A stretch of DNA of 64,000 nucleotides from Candidatus Krumholzibacteriota bacterium (GTDB lineage Bacteria > Krumholzibacteriota > Krumholzibacteriia > JAJRXK01), in NCBI GenBank assembly GCA_963727455.1, contig CAVSGG010000003.1, positions 164,160 through 228,159 of the forward strand, in the 5' to 3' direction. The position numbers and the translations under genes are program-made. The stretch's first letter is position 1, and each line of letters opens with the position of its first letter. This document shows, one piece after another, positions 19,857 through 28,796 of the stretch. The notes beneath the pieces were generated by a model, which saw nothing but the letters and a program-made list of their open reading frames with translations, did no database searches and was not told the origin of the DNA.

Positions 19857-20165
19857 CTAGTGCCTGAGACGGTCCACTTGCTCCACGTGGACGGTCTGAA
19901 AGTTACGAAAGATGGCCAAGACGATGGCCAAGGCAACTGCCGCTTCCGCGGCGGCCAAGACGATGATGAAGATCGTCATGAGCTGTCCGCTCAGATCCGC
20001 GGCGCCGTACTTCGAAAACGCAACGAAGTTGAGCGCGGCCGAGTTCAAGATGAGTTCGACGCCCATGAGCATGACGATGGCGTTGCGCCGGCTCAAGACG
20101 ATGAACAGACCGAGCGCGAAAAGGATCGCCCCCAAGCTCAGATAGTGGACGAGGCCTACGTGCAT
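19857..20165 (-). CDS. nuoK: NADH-quinone oxidoreductase subunit K
   Basis: RRNAIVMLMGVELILNS, AAAEAAVALA. Confidence 0.95.
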   Translation of the reverse strand: MHVGLVHYLSLGAILFALGLFIVLSRRNAIVMLMGVELILNSAALNFVAFSKYGAADLSGQLMTIFIIVLAAAEAAVALAIVLAIFRNFQTVHVEQVDRLRH

Positions 20166-20677
20166 CAGCGGGGACCCTCCTTGTCTGCGCGCCTCTCACG
20201 AATGATCATCGCCGCTCCGATCATCGCGACCAGCAAGAGGATGCTGGTGAATTCGAAGGGAAAGAGGTACTGCGTGAGGATCTTCTGCCCCAGAGCCGCC
20301 GTTGTCGGCTGCGCCGCGCTGACCGTCCCCTGAGGCCATGCCGTCCGGAAAATGGTCAAGAGCATCAGGGCCAACACTACGATCGACACCGCCAGGGCCG
20401 GCGCGGGCTGGACCAGCTCGTCGGCCAAGTTCGTGCTCATGATGCGGTTGGTCATCATGACCGCGAAGAGCACGAGGACGAGGATGCCCCCCACGTACAC
20501 TACCACCTGGGTTATGGCCAAAAAGTCGGCGCCCAAGAAAACGTACATGGCGCATACGCCCAAGAGAGCGAAGAGCAGGGACATCCCGCTGTGCACGACC
20601 GAGCGGCTGAAGGCAACGACCAAACCGGCAGCGACGGTGATCGCGGCAAGGAGATACCAGATGAGATCTCCGGTCAC
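20165..20677 (-). CDS. nuoJ: NADH-quinone oxidoreductase subunit J
   Basis: GADFLAITQVVVYVGGILVL, YLFPFEFTSILLL; GTG start at 20677 overlapping the nuoI stop (GTGA). Confidence 0.93.
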   Translation of the reverse strand: MTGDLIWYLLAAITVAAGLVVAFSRSVVHSGMSLLFALLGVCAMYVFLGADFLAITQVVVYVGGILVLVLFAVMMTNRIMSTNLADELVQPAPALAVSIVVLALMLLTIFRTAWPQGTVSAAQPTTAALGQKILTQYLFPFEFTSILLLVAMIGAAMIIRERRADKEGPR

Positions 20678-21180
20678 TGCGCCCCCCCTTCGTCTTTCGT
20701 ATCGGAAGAAGCCGCTGGAGCGGAGGCGGCGCCCTCGTCCTTCTTCTTGGGTTCCTTGGGAATCTTGTAGGGCACCACGGGCTCGTCGACGTACTCGTAT
20801 ACCAGACGGCTTCGCTTGTAGAGCGAATGGTCGTAGTCGTGGCTCATCGTGATGCAGTTGGTCGGGCATGGCTCAGTGCACAGGGAGCACCAGATGCACT
20901 TGTTGTAGTCGATCGCGAAGCGCGACATCTTCTTCTCTTTGCCCTTGCCCTCCATCTCGATGTAGATGCAATCGACTGGACAGGCTTTGGCGCAGAGCTG
21001 GCACGCGGTACAGCGCGGCACGTCGTTATGAACGAAGCCCCGAAAGCGCTCCGGCAGCGACCAGCGTTCCTGGGGAAACTGCTGCGTCACCGGCTTCTTG
21101 AAGAAATACTTGATGGTGATCCGCATGCCTTTGGCGATCGAGCTCAGGCTTCGCTGGATGTCACCGGCTAATTTCACCAC
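20674..21180 (-). CDS. nuoI: NADH-quinone oxidoreductase subunit I (2x[4Fe-4S])
   Basis: CTACQLCAKACP and CIWCSLCTEPCP; VTQQFPQE...RFRG. Confidence 0.95.
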   Translation of the reverse strand: MVKLAGDIQRSLSSIAKGMRITIKYFFKKPVTQQFPQERWSLPERFRGFVHNDVPRCTACQLCAKACPVDCIYIEMEGKGKEKKMSRFAIDYNKCIWCSLCTEPCPTNCITMSHDYDHSLYKRSRLVYEYVDEPVVPYKIPKEPKKKDEGAASAPAASSDTKDEGGAQ

Positions 21181-21210
21181 ATCGTCCTCGCTTGAGACGC
21201 CTGTGCGCGC

Positions 21211-22257
21211 CTAGAACAAGACTTTCAACAGACCAAAGACCAAGAGCAGCACCAACACGATGGGAAGGAGTACCTTCCAGCACACCGACATCAGTTGGTC
21301 CACCCGCAGGCGCGGCAGGGTCCAGCGCAGCCACATCTGCAAGAACACCACGAGTACGCTCTTGCCCACGAAAATGGCCGGAGCGGGAATGACGCGATCG
21401 AGCGCCGGAACGCCGGAATTCCAACCACCCAAAAAGACGGCTACCGCAATGGCCGCCACCGCAAACATGTCCGCATACTCACCCAACATGAAGAAGGCGA
21501 ACTTCATCCCGGTGTACTCGGTATGATATCCCGCCACCAGTTCCGATTCGGATTCCGGCAAGTCGAAGGGAATCCGGTTGACCTCGGCCAGAGAGGCAAT
21601 GAGATAGATCACGAAGCTCAAAAGCAAAAGCGGATGAAAGACGTGCCAATGAAAGATCCAGCCGCTCTGGGCCTGGGTGATGACGCCCAAATTCAGGCTG
21701 CCAGTGGTCATCACTACCGGGAGCACCGCCAAGACCAAGGGGATCTCGTAGGAGACGACCTGGGCCGCCCCGCGCATCGCCCCGTAGAGGGCCCACTTGT
21801 TGTTGCTCCCCCAGCCCGCCATGATGATCCCGATGACAACCAGGCTACTGGTGGCAAAAGCGTAGAAGAGGCCAACGTCGAGCTTGGCGCCGACGAAGTT
21901 CGGACCGAAGGGAAGCACCACGAAGGTGAGGAAAGCTCCGGTGAAGCAAACCACCGGCGCCGCGCGCCACAGAATCTTGTCCGCGCTGGCCGGCGCGACG
22001 TCCTCCTTCAGCAGGAACTTGATGCCATCGGCGATCGGCTGAAGGATCCCGTGCCAATGACCGACGTACATCGGCCCGTAGCGTGATTGCATGAAGCCGG
22101 CGACCTTCCGCTCCGCGAGACTGAAGATCATCACCGCGACGGCGACGCCGGCCAGAATGATCACCGCAATGGTCAACATGGCCATGCCCTGGAGGAGTGG
22201 CTGCGGCCATCCCGCGAAGATCCCCATGCTCTTGAACGCTGCGTAAAAGAATTCCAA
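21211..22257 (-). CDS. nuoH: NADH-quinone oxidoreductase subunit H
   Basis: ERKVAGFMQSRYGP, GILQPIADGIK, NRIPFDLPESESELVAGYHTEY. Confidence 0.96.
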   Translation of the reverse strand: MEFFYAAFKSMGIFAGWPQPLLQGMAMLTIAVIILAGVAVAVMIFSLAERKVAGFMQSRYGPMYVGHWHGILQPIADGIKFLLKEDVAPASADKILWRAAPVVCFTGAFLTFVVLPFGPNFVGAKLDVGLFYAFATSSLVVIGIIMAGWGSNNKWALYGAMRGAAQVVSYEIPLVLAVLPVVMTTGSLNLGVITQAQSGWIFHWHVFHPLLLLSFVIYLIASLAEVNRIPFDLPESESELVAGYHTEYTGMKFAFFMLGEYADMFAVAAIAVAVFLGGWNSGVPALDRVIPAPAIFVGKSVLVVFLQMWLRWTLPRLRVDQLMSVCWKVLLPIVLVLLLVFGLLKVLF

Positions 22258-22305
22258 GGCTGCCTTCGTCTCCTCTTTGCCCGGACCTTTTCGTCCCGCG
22301 GGCGC

Positions 22306-23502
22306 CTATCGGTCGATCTCTCCCAAGACCAGATCCAAAGATCCCACGGTGGCCACGAGGTCGGAGATCATCTGACCCCGGCCCACTTTTTCGATGACAC
22401 TGAGGTTGTGAATCGATGGGCTGCGCGTCTTGCAGCGGAAGGGCACCGTCCCCCCGTCGGAAACGATCCAAAAGCCCAGTTCGCCCTTGGGGTTTTCGGC
22501 GCGGAAGTAGACCTCGCCGGGCGGGATCTTGAGGTTTTTGGGCATCTCCGCCATCACCTCGCCGCGCTTGGGCATCTGCTCGATGGCCTGGGCGACGATG
22601 CGAGTGGACTGTTCCATTTCGTCCATGCGGACTTTGTATCGATCCCAACAGTCACCCGTAATTCCCATCTTCCCGCTCCCTACCGCCGGCTGCCAGTCGA
22701 AGCGCTCGTAGATGCTGTAGGGCTCGTCTTTCCTCAGATCGAAATTGACTCCGGCGCCGCGAAGCACGGGACCGCTGCATCCGTAGTCGATGGCGTCCCT
22801 GTCGATTGATCACGCCGACTCTTCGCGGTGCGCTGGATGAAGATCTCGTTGGTGGAGAGTAGAGTGTCGTACTCCTTCAGCTTCTTGGGGAACATCTCCA
22901 CGAAGAGTTTGATCTCCTCCATGGCATCGTCGGGGATGTCCCACTTCACTCCGCCCACGTCGTAGTAGGTATACATGAGGCGCGCGCCGCAGATCTTCTC
23001 GAAGATGTTGAGTATGGCCTCGCGCTCTCGAATGGCGTGGAGGAAGGGCGTGAATGCGCCGATGTCCAGACCATAGGTTCCGAAGGCGATGAGATGGCTC
23101 GCGATACGGTTGAGCTCGCCCACGATCACCCGCACGTATTCCGCATACTCGGGGATGACGAGCTTCCATCTCCGTCTCGCGCATCAAGGCCTCGACCGCA
23201 AGACAGTAGGTCCAGTTGCAGTTCATGGCCGCGAGGTAGTCCATGCGGTCGGTGTAGAGCACGTACTGATGGTAGGTGTTTCCCTCGGCGATCTTCTCGG
23301 CGCAGCGATGCAGATATCCCAGATAGGGAACCACTTCGTTGACGATCTCTCCGTCGGTGGTGACGAAGAGTCGAAGCACCCCGTGAGTCGCCGGGTGCTG
23401 GGGACCCATGTTGATGTGCAGGAGCTGACTCTTCAGCGGCCGGGCCGTGTCATCGCTGCGCTCGACGGCCAGCTTGGTCGTGTCGCTCGGGTTGCGCGTC
23501 AT
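22306..23502 (-). CDS. nuoD: NADH-quinone oxidoreductase subunit D, interrupted by three +1 frameshifts as read (probable sequencing/assembly errors; pseudogene not excluded)
   Basis: [24 protein letters not shown] in the first frame; ELNRIASHL...GGV in a second frame; [25 protein letters not shown] back in the first frame. Extra bases near 23166, 22820 and 22797-22799. Confidence 0.9.
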
Positions 23503-24098
23503 TCCTCTTCCGCCCCCCTCTTCTCACGAACCGCCAAGGGGAGACCTTCCAGGGGCACCCCCTGCCACTCCTTGGGCATCTGATAGTCTTTGCGAAGGGG
23601 CCAGCCCTCCCAGTCCTCGGGCAAGAGGAGCCGGCGCAGGTCCGGATGTCCTTCGAACTCGATCCCGTACATGTCGTAGGCCTCGCGCTCGTGCCAGAGC
23701 GCGGTGGGCCAGACCGAGCTCACGCTCGCGACCTTGGGCTCTTCGCGACTGGTTCTGATTTTCACCACGAAACGCGTGCGCTCGGACAGACTCTCCAGGT
23801 GGTAGGACATTCCCAAGTCTCCGGTGGCCGGCTCCACCACCGGTTCGACCTTGCCGTCCTCACTGTATTGCGCAATGGCCCGGTGCTTGCCGCGACCCTT
23901 CTCATCCCAGCCCTCGAAGTCGATTCCCGCCGCGATGAGCAGGCGGTCGAAGCCTAGCTCGTCGCGCAGCACTCGCGCGACCTCACGCATGCGGGAGGGT
24001 TCGACCTCCAGATAGGGCTGAGAGCTTTCGAACTCGCCGCCCACTACCGCCTTGGGGCAGCGCTTCTCGATGAGTTCTCGGATTTCCGCAGGCGACAT
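23499..24098 (-). CDS. nuoC: NADH-quinone oxidoreductase subunit C
   Basis: [38 protein letters not shown]. Confidence 0.95.
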   Translation of the reverse strand: MSPAEIRELIEKRCPKAVVGGEFESSQPYLEVEPSRMREVARVLRDELGFDRLLIAAGIDFEGWDEKGRGKHRAIAQYSEDGKVEPVVEPATGDLGMSYHLESLSERTRFVVKIRTSREEPKVASVSSVWPTALWHEREAYDMYGIEFEGHPDLRRLLLPEDWEGWPLRKDYQMPKEWQGVPLEGLPLAVREKRGAEEE

Positions 24099-24123
24099 TG
24101 AGTTCGCTCCAAGATCTTCGCGA

Positions 24124-24753
24124 TCAATCGGGGATGGTCGTGATGTACTGGTCGACCCACTTCGGCTTGCGCCACTTGCCCTTCTTCCCGCGGATCTTGT
24201 CCTGCAGGCGCATGAGCCCGTCGAGCAAAACTTCGGGGCGCGGGGGACATCCGGGCACGTACACGTCGACCGGCACCATGAGGTCGACGCCCTTCACCAC
24301 GTGGTAGCCGTACTTGAAGTAAGGTCCGCCGCCGATGGCGCAGCTTCCCATGGCGATGACCCACTTGGGATCGGGCATCTGGTCGTACAGGCGCTTGATC
24401 CGAAGCGCCATCTTGGCGGTTACCGTACCCGATACGATCATCAGATCCGTTTGGCGGGGAGTGCCGCGCATGGCGCCCGCGCCGAAGCGGTCCATGTCGT
24501 AGCGGGTGCCCGCCGCCGACATCATTTCGATTGCGCAACAGGCCAGACCGAAGGTCATGGGCCAGATGCTCCACAGGCGCGCCCAGCGGAAGAGCTCGTC
24601 CACCTTGCTCAACATCACGTTGGAAGGCCCCGGCGCGGAAACTTCCTTCAAGTCCTCGTCGGTCTGGAAGTCGAGCATGTGTTCCCAGTCTTGGGGATCG
24701 CGCGAAATGTGTGGACCCTGGAGCCAAACGGGAGCTTTGGATTCATCCGACAT
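24124..24753 (-). CDS. nuoB: NADH-quinone oxidoreductase subunit B
   Basis: [29 protein letters not shown]. Confidence 0.96.
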   Translation of the reverse strand: MSDESKAPVWLQGPHISRDPQDWEHMLDFQTDEDLKEVSAPGPSNVMLSKVDELFRWARLWSIWPMTFGLACCAIEMMSAAGTRYDMDRFGAGAMRGTPRQTDLMIVSGTVTAKMALRIKRLYDQMPDPKWVIAMGSCAIGGGPYFKYGYHVVKGVDLMVPVDVYVPGCPPRPEVLLDGLMRLQDKIRGKKGKWRKPKWVDQYITTIPD

Positions 24754-24756
24754 CGC

Positions 24757-25239
24757 TCACACCCCCTCCGGCTTCGCGCTCTTGTGGGCCGAGTGCGCAT
24801 CGGCGGGGTACTGTCCGGAGCTGTACCAGGAGAGGGACTCCACTTCATCCTCGTCGCGGGGCGCCAGACTCTTCACCCAGGCCAGGTCGCCCTTGGCCCA
24901 GACGTAGGCCAGGCCGACCAGCAGGATCACCACGAAGAGCACCATTTCCCAGAACACGAAACTACCCATCAGGGCGAGCATGTCCTTGAAGACCACGGCC
25001 CAGGGCAAGAGGAAGACCACTTCGACGTCGAAAACGATGAAGAAGAGGGCTACCAGATAGAAGCGCACGTTGAAGCGAACCCAGGGGGATCCCTCCGGAA
25101 CTTCCCCGCACTCGTAGGCGATTTCGTCCTTGCGCGACCGCGCGCGCGGCCGCAGCGCCCAGGAGATGGCCAGGGTGATGACGGCGAAGCCCACCGAGAG
25201 CGCGAGAAAGACCAGAACGGTTGCGAAGCGACTGAGCAC
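24757..25239 (-). CDS. nuoA: NADH-quinone oxidoreductase subunit A
   Basis: YECG, FYLVALFFIVFDVEVVFLLPWA, YVWAKGDLAW; GTG start 25239 with AAAGGA SD. Confidence 0.94.
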   Translation of the reverse strand: MLSRFATVLVFLALSVGFAVITLAISWALRPRARSRKDEIAYECGEVPEGSPWVRFNVRFYLVALFFIVFDVEVVFLLPWAVVFKDMLALMGSFVFWEMVLFVVILLVGLAYVWAKGDLAWVKSLAPRDEDEVESLSWYSSGQYPADAHSAHKSAKPEGV

Positions 25240-25507
25240 CTTGATCGTTCCTTTGGAGGAACTCCGCGCGAGATTGCGCGAGTATTGGACCCGCGTCCCG
25301 CGTGGAGAGAATCCATATAGAGCCCGCTTGCGAACGCAAGTCAAGCATGCATGAGCATCCATGCAAGCCGGACCAAAACCCTGGTTCGTGGCATTCAATT
25401 CGACTACCATCGAATCGTCGAATTGACCCGAGCCACCGCGGGCCAGAGGAGTGCCCTTCCGGCCCGCTGCCAATGATAGAAGCGCGCAGCCCGAGGCCAA
25501 GCCCGCG

Positions 25508-26086
25508 ATGAGCCCCAAGGACGAAATGCAATTCCTCACCCACGCCCTCCGGGTCCTCAACGAGCCCGCACGGCTGAAAATGGTGGGCCTTCTGGCCATG
25601 CGACCCCGCTATGGCGAAGAGCTGGCGGAGATCCTCGAACTTTCCCCGGCCACGGTCTCGCACCATCTGCGGCGTCTGCGGGAGGGCATGCTCATCCGCT
25701 CGCACAAGGAGCCGCCCTATATTCGCTACGAACTGCGGCCAGAGGTGCTGCCGCGCCTCTGCCACCTTTTGGAGAGAGCCGGGGAGTGGGCCAAAGCCTT
25801 TGGGCTACCCAGCGAGGAGATGCTGACACAACAGGCCCTGCGCGGTGTGCTGGACGAGGAGGGGCGCGTGACGAGGCTGCCCAAATCGCCGCGCCATGCG
25901 ACCCTGGTGCTGCGCTGGATCGTCCTGCGCTTCGAATCGGGGCGGATCTATCCTCAGCGCGAGGTGCGACGCATCCTGCTGGACGCGTGTCGGAATGAGG
26001 AGGCAGTGCTCCAGGAACTGGTCGCGCGCGGCTGGCTGCAGCAGAAGGGCGGAGTGTTGCGCCGCACCGAGGAGGTCCCCGCGTGA
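25508..26086 (+). CDS. ArsR/SmtB-family HTH regulator with C-terminal DUF2087-like domain
   Basis: LNEPARLKMVGLL...ELAEILELSPATVSHHLRRLREGMLI (ArsR wHTH); C-terminal LPKS...FESGRIYPQREV...ELVARGWL. Confidence 0.8.
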   Translation: MSPKDEMQFLTHALRVLNEPARLKMVGLLAMRPRYGEELAEILELSPATVSHHLRRLREGMLIRSHKEPPYIRYELRPEVLPRLCHLLERAGEWAKAFGLPSEEMLTQQALRGVLDEEGRVTRLPKSPRHATLVLRWIVLRFESGRIYPQREVRRILLDACRNEEAVLQELVARGWLQQKGGVLRRTEEVPA

Positions 26087-26502
26087 TCCGAATCGTGGCG
26101 GTGGGCAGGATCAAGATGCGCTCTCTGCGGGAGGCAAGCGAGGAGTACGAGCGGCGCATTCGGCGCTTCGCGCGCTTTCAGCTCCTCGAAGTCCCCGACC
26201 GCGACCCACAGGCCGAGGGCCAGAGTCTCCTGGCGGCGGCCCGTGGAGAGCCCCTGGTGGCGCTGGATGTGCAGGGGGATGCCTGGGACTCGCCCGCATT
26301 CGCGCGCTTTCTGGGCCAGCACGCCAGCCCCTGCTTTTTGGTGGGTGGGCCGGACGGGCTGAGCCAGGAAGCGCTGGAGGGAGCCGCCTTGCGCCTCAGC
26401 CTCAGCCCCCTCACCTTCCCCCACGAGCTGGCCCGGCTGATCCTCACCGAGCAGATCTACCGCGGTCTGACTATCCTGAAAGGGCATCCCTACCACCGCT
26501 GA
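26083..26502 (+). CDS. rlmH: 23S rRNA (pseudouridine1915-N3)-methyltransferase
   Basis: IRIVAVGRI, VGGPDGLS, LSLSPLTFPHELARLILTEQIYRG...HPYHR. Confidence 0.93.
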   Translation: MIRIVAVGRIKMRSLREASEEYERRIRRFARFQLLEVPDRDPQAEGQSLLAAARGEPLVALDVQGDAWDSPAFARFLGQHASPCFLVGGPDGLSQEALEGAALRLSLSPLTFPHELARLILTEQIYRGLTILKGHPYHR

Positions 26503-26565
26503 GCGCGGCGGCGCGCCAACCGCACCCGAGCCCCCGAACCCCGGTCCGCATGGCCGGAGATCCCT

Positions 26566-26877
26566 ATGGAAAAGCCCTATCGCTACCACCTCCTTCCCTG
26601 CGCGGGACCTCGCTGCGGCGCCGAAACCGGGGAGCGCTTCAAGCGCCAGCTGAAGGAGCTTCTCCCCGATCGCAAGGCCCTCGGGGTGCGCATCAGCACT
26701 ACCAGCTGCCAGGGTCTCTGCGAGCACGGCCCCAACCTCTGCGTGTACCCGGAAGGCGCTGTCTACCATCGACTTAGCCCCGAAGATCTCCCCCGGATCG
26801 TGCGAGAGCACATCCGTGGGGGGTGTCCGGTACGCGAAATCCTGGCGCGCCGCGGCGAAGACCCCAAAGACGACTGA
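26566..26877 (+). CDS. Thioredoxin-like [2Fe-2S] ferredoxin (NuoE-C-domain-like family)
   Basis: CAGPRC...SCQGLCEHGPNLCVYPEG..Y......IVREHI.GG.PV. Confidence 0.88.
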   Translation: MEKPYRYHLLPCAGPRCGAETGERFKRQLKELLPDRKALGVRISTTSCQGLCEHGPNLCVYPEGAVYHRLSPEDLPRIVREHIRGGCPVREILARRGEDPKDD

Positions 26878-26980
26878 GAAAGCGCCTATTTGGTCCGGTT
26901 TTGGACCGTTCCTTGCTGCGACGAGGCAGCGCCGGGAATCCGTGGGGATTTTTGGCAACTTGCGCCACGTTCGGGAGCTT

Positions 26981-26996
26981 TGGGACTCGCGTTGCA
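26981..26996 (+). promoter_or_regulatory. Putative sigma54 (-24/-12) promoter
   Basis: TGGGACT-CGCG-TTGCA: GG-N10-GC spacing intact, two mismatches to TGGCACG-N4-TTGCW; inverted repeats upstream at 26892-26907 and 26915-26930. Confidence 0.4.
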
Positions 26997-27137
26997 CGAT
27001 GCGGCCACACTTCCGAATTCATCCTGCAAGGCTTTGGGACTCAGCGCGCCGCGAGGGTCTGAGAGCTTTGCGGAGAGAAACTCTGACAGGGGAACTCGCC
27101 AACCTTGTTCGAATCAGGACCAAGACCTCACCGCGCC

Positions 27138-28796
27138 ATGCGGAGGGCCACCTGGGGAGCCCGGGGGGGCTTCCTCGGTCTGGCCGCGCTGCTTTTTCTG
27201 GGATTCCTCGCGGGTTGCCATGATTCCGCGCGCCAGGTCGCTCCCAAACCCAAGAAGGTGATCCACAACGGAGGCACTTTCCGTCTCGCCCAGGCTTCGC
27301 CGCGGAATCTGGACCCAGCGCGGCTGGAGAGCGTCTACGAGAGCACGGTCGTCAATCAGATTTTCGATGGGCTCATCGCCTTCGACGAGAATCTCAATAC
27401 CGTTCCCTCCTTGGCCGAGAGCTGGACGATCTCCCAGGACGGCACCGTCTACACCTTCCACATCAAGCACGGCGTCCACTTCCACGACGGGAGCGAAGTC
27501 ACGGCCAATGATTTCGCCTACTCGATCACCCGGACCTTCCAATTGCCGGTGGACCAGACCGAACTTGCCAGGGAGTACCTTTCGCACATCAAGGGCACCG
27601 ACGAATTCGCCGAGGGCAAGGCCGATCACATCACGGGGATCGAGGTGCTCTCGCCCTACGAGGTACGCATCACTCTCAAGCGTCCCTTCGCGGCTTTCCT
27701 CATGGTACTGGCCATGGACTGCGGGCGCGTAGTGCCCAAACACTACGTGCAGAGCGTGGGCGCAGAGGAATTCGGACGGCATCCGGTCGGCGCCGGCGCG
27801 TTCGTATTCAAGAAATGGGTGCAGGACGAGGAGATCGTTCTGACCGCGTTCGACGACTATCATCTGGGCCGCGCGCACCTGGATTCGCTGGTGTTCGAAA
27901 CCCCCAAGAACGACCGCCGCGACTACGCCACCAACGCCTTCCTGCGCTACCAGCTGGATCTTCTCGAGGTGCAGCCGGGGCAGGTCGACGATCTGGAGCA
28001 ACGCGCGGGGATCAAGCTCACCTCGCGTCAGGAGCTGAGTCTCACTTTCCTGGCCCTGAACCTGGAAAAGAAGCCTTTCGACGACCGCAGGGTCCGCCAG
28101 GCCTTCGCCATGGCGGTTGACCGAAAGAACCTCTTCGGCATTCACGATTCCTCTCGCATGGTCCCCTGCGGCATTCTCCCCCCGGGCATGCCGGGCTACA
28201 CCCGCATCTCCAAATTGCTTCCTCACGATCACCATCGCGCCATGGAGCTGCTGAAGGAAGCAGGTTATCCCAATGGCAAGGGACTGCCGCCCATCGAACT
28301 CGTAACCGCGGACCAGTCCGCACAGGCTACCGTGTTCTACGCCAAGCTTGCGAACGAGCTGGCCGAAGTGGGCTTCCGGGTCACCAACGAGCACTTGAGC
28401 TGGCTGGATTTCTTCTCCCGCCTCAAGGCGGGCGACGGCGGCTGTTTCACTCTGAATTGGGTCGCGGACATCCCCGACCCGGATTCCTTTCTCTATCCGC
28501 TTTTCCATAGCCACGGCGCCGCCAACTACGTGCACTACGAGAATGAGAACGTGGACGAGCTGCTCGATGCGGGCCGCCGCACCCATTCTTCGCTCGATCG
28601 CCTGCAGGTCTATCGCGAGGCGGAGCAAATGATCGTGGATGACGCACCCATGGTGCCTTTATTCCACACCGTGACGATTCTCGCAGCGCGGGACCAGGTT
28701 CAAGGTCTTGATCTGACGCCGATGGGAATCGGAAATCTCAACTTCAGAAAGATCTGGTTCGAACCGGTCCAGCTGGCGCAAGGAGCGGGGCAGTGA
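27138..28796 (+). CDS. Family-5 (OppA/DppA-like) solute-binding lipoprotein
   Basis: Lipobox LAGC; LDPA, PSLAESWTISQDGTVYTF.IKHGVHFHDG..VTANDF.YS, PVGAGAF, WVADIPDPD. Confidence 0.92.
   Translation: MRRATWGARGGFLGLAALLFLGFLAGCHDSARQVAPKPKKVIHNGGTFRLAQASPRNLDPARLESVYESTVVNQIFDGLIAFDENLNTVPSLAESWTISQDGTVYTFHIKHGVHFHDGSEVTANDFAYSITRTFQLPVDQTELAREYLSHIKGTDEFAEGKADHITGIEVLSPYEVRITLKRPFAAFLMVLAMDCGRVVPKHYVQSVGAEEFGRHPVGAGAFVFKKWVQDEEIVLTAFDDYHLGRAHLDSLVFETPKNDRRDYATNAFLRYQLDLLEVQPGQVDDLEQRAGIKLTSRQELSLTFLALNLEKKPFDDRRVRQAFAMAVDRKNLFGIHDSSRMVPCGILPPGMPGYTRISKLLPHDHHRAMELLKEAGYPNGKGLPPIELVTADQSAQATVFYAKLANELAEVGFRVTNEHLSWLDFFSRLKAGDGGCFTLNWVADIPDPDSFLYPLFHSHGAANYVHYENENVDELLDAGRRTHSSLDRLQVYREAEQMIVDDAPMVPLFHTVTILAARDQVQGLDLTPMGIGNLNFRKIWFEPVQLAQGAGQ

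Noticed and set aside
22797-23170. Programmed ribosomal frameshifting in nuoD
   Set aside because: Three separate shifts would be needed and no slippery heptamer is present; sequence error is more parsimonious.
24757-25599. 280-aa NuoA, and likewise extended N-termini for nuoJ, YwiC, sppA and patatin in the ORF track
   Set aside because: The upstream extensions overlap neighbouring genes or promoters; downstream starts with SD sites or stop-start overlaps fit better.
27100-27122. tRNA or tRNA fragment suggested by GTTCGAATC
   Set aside because: Only a 4-bp stem, with no acceptor, D or anticodon arm.
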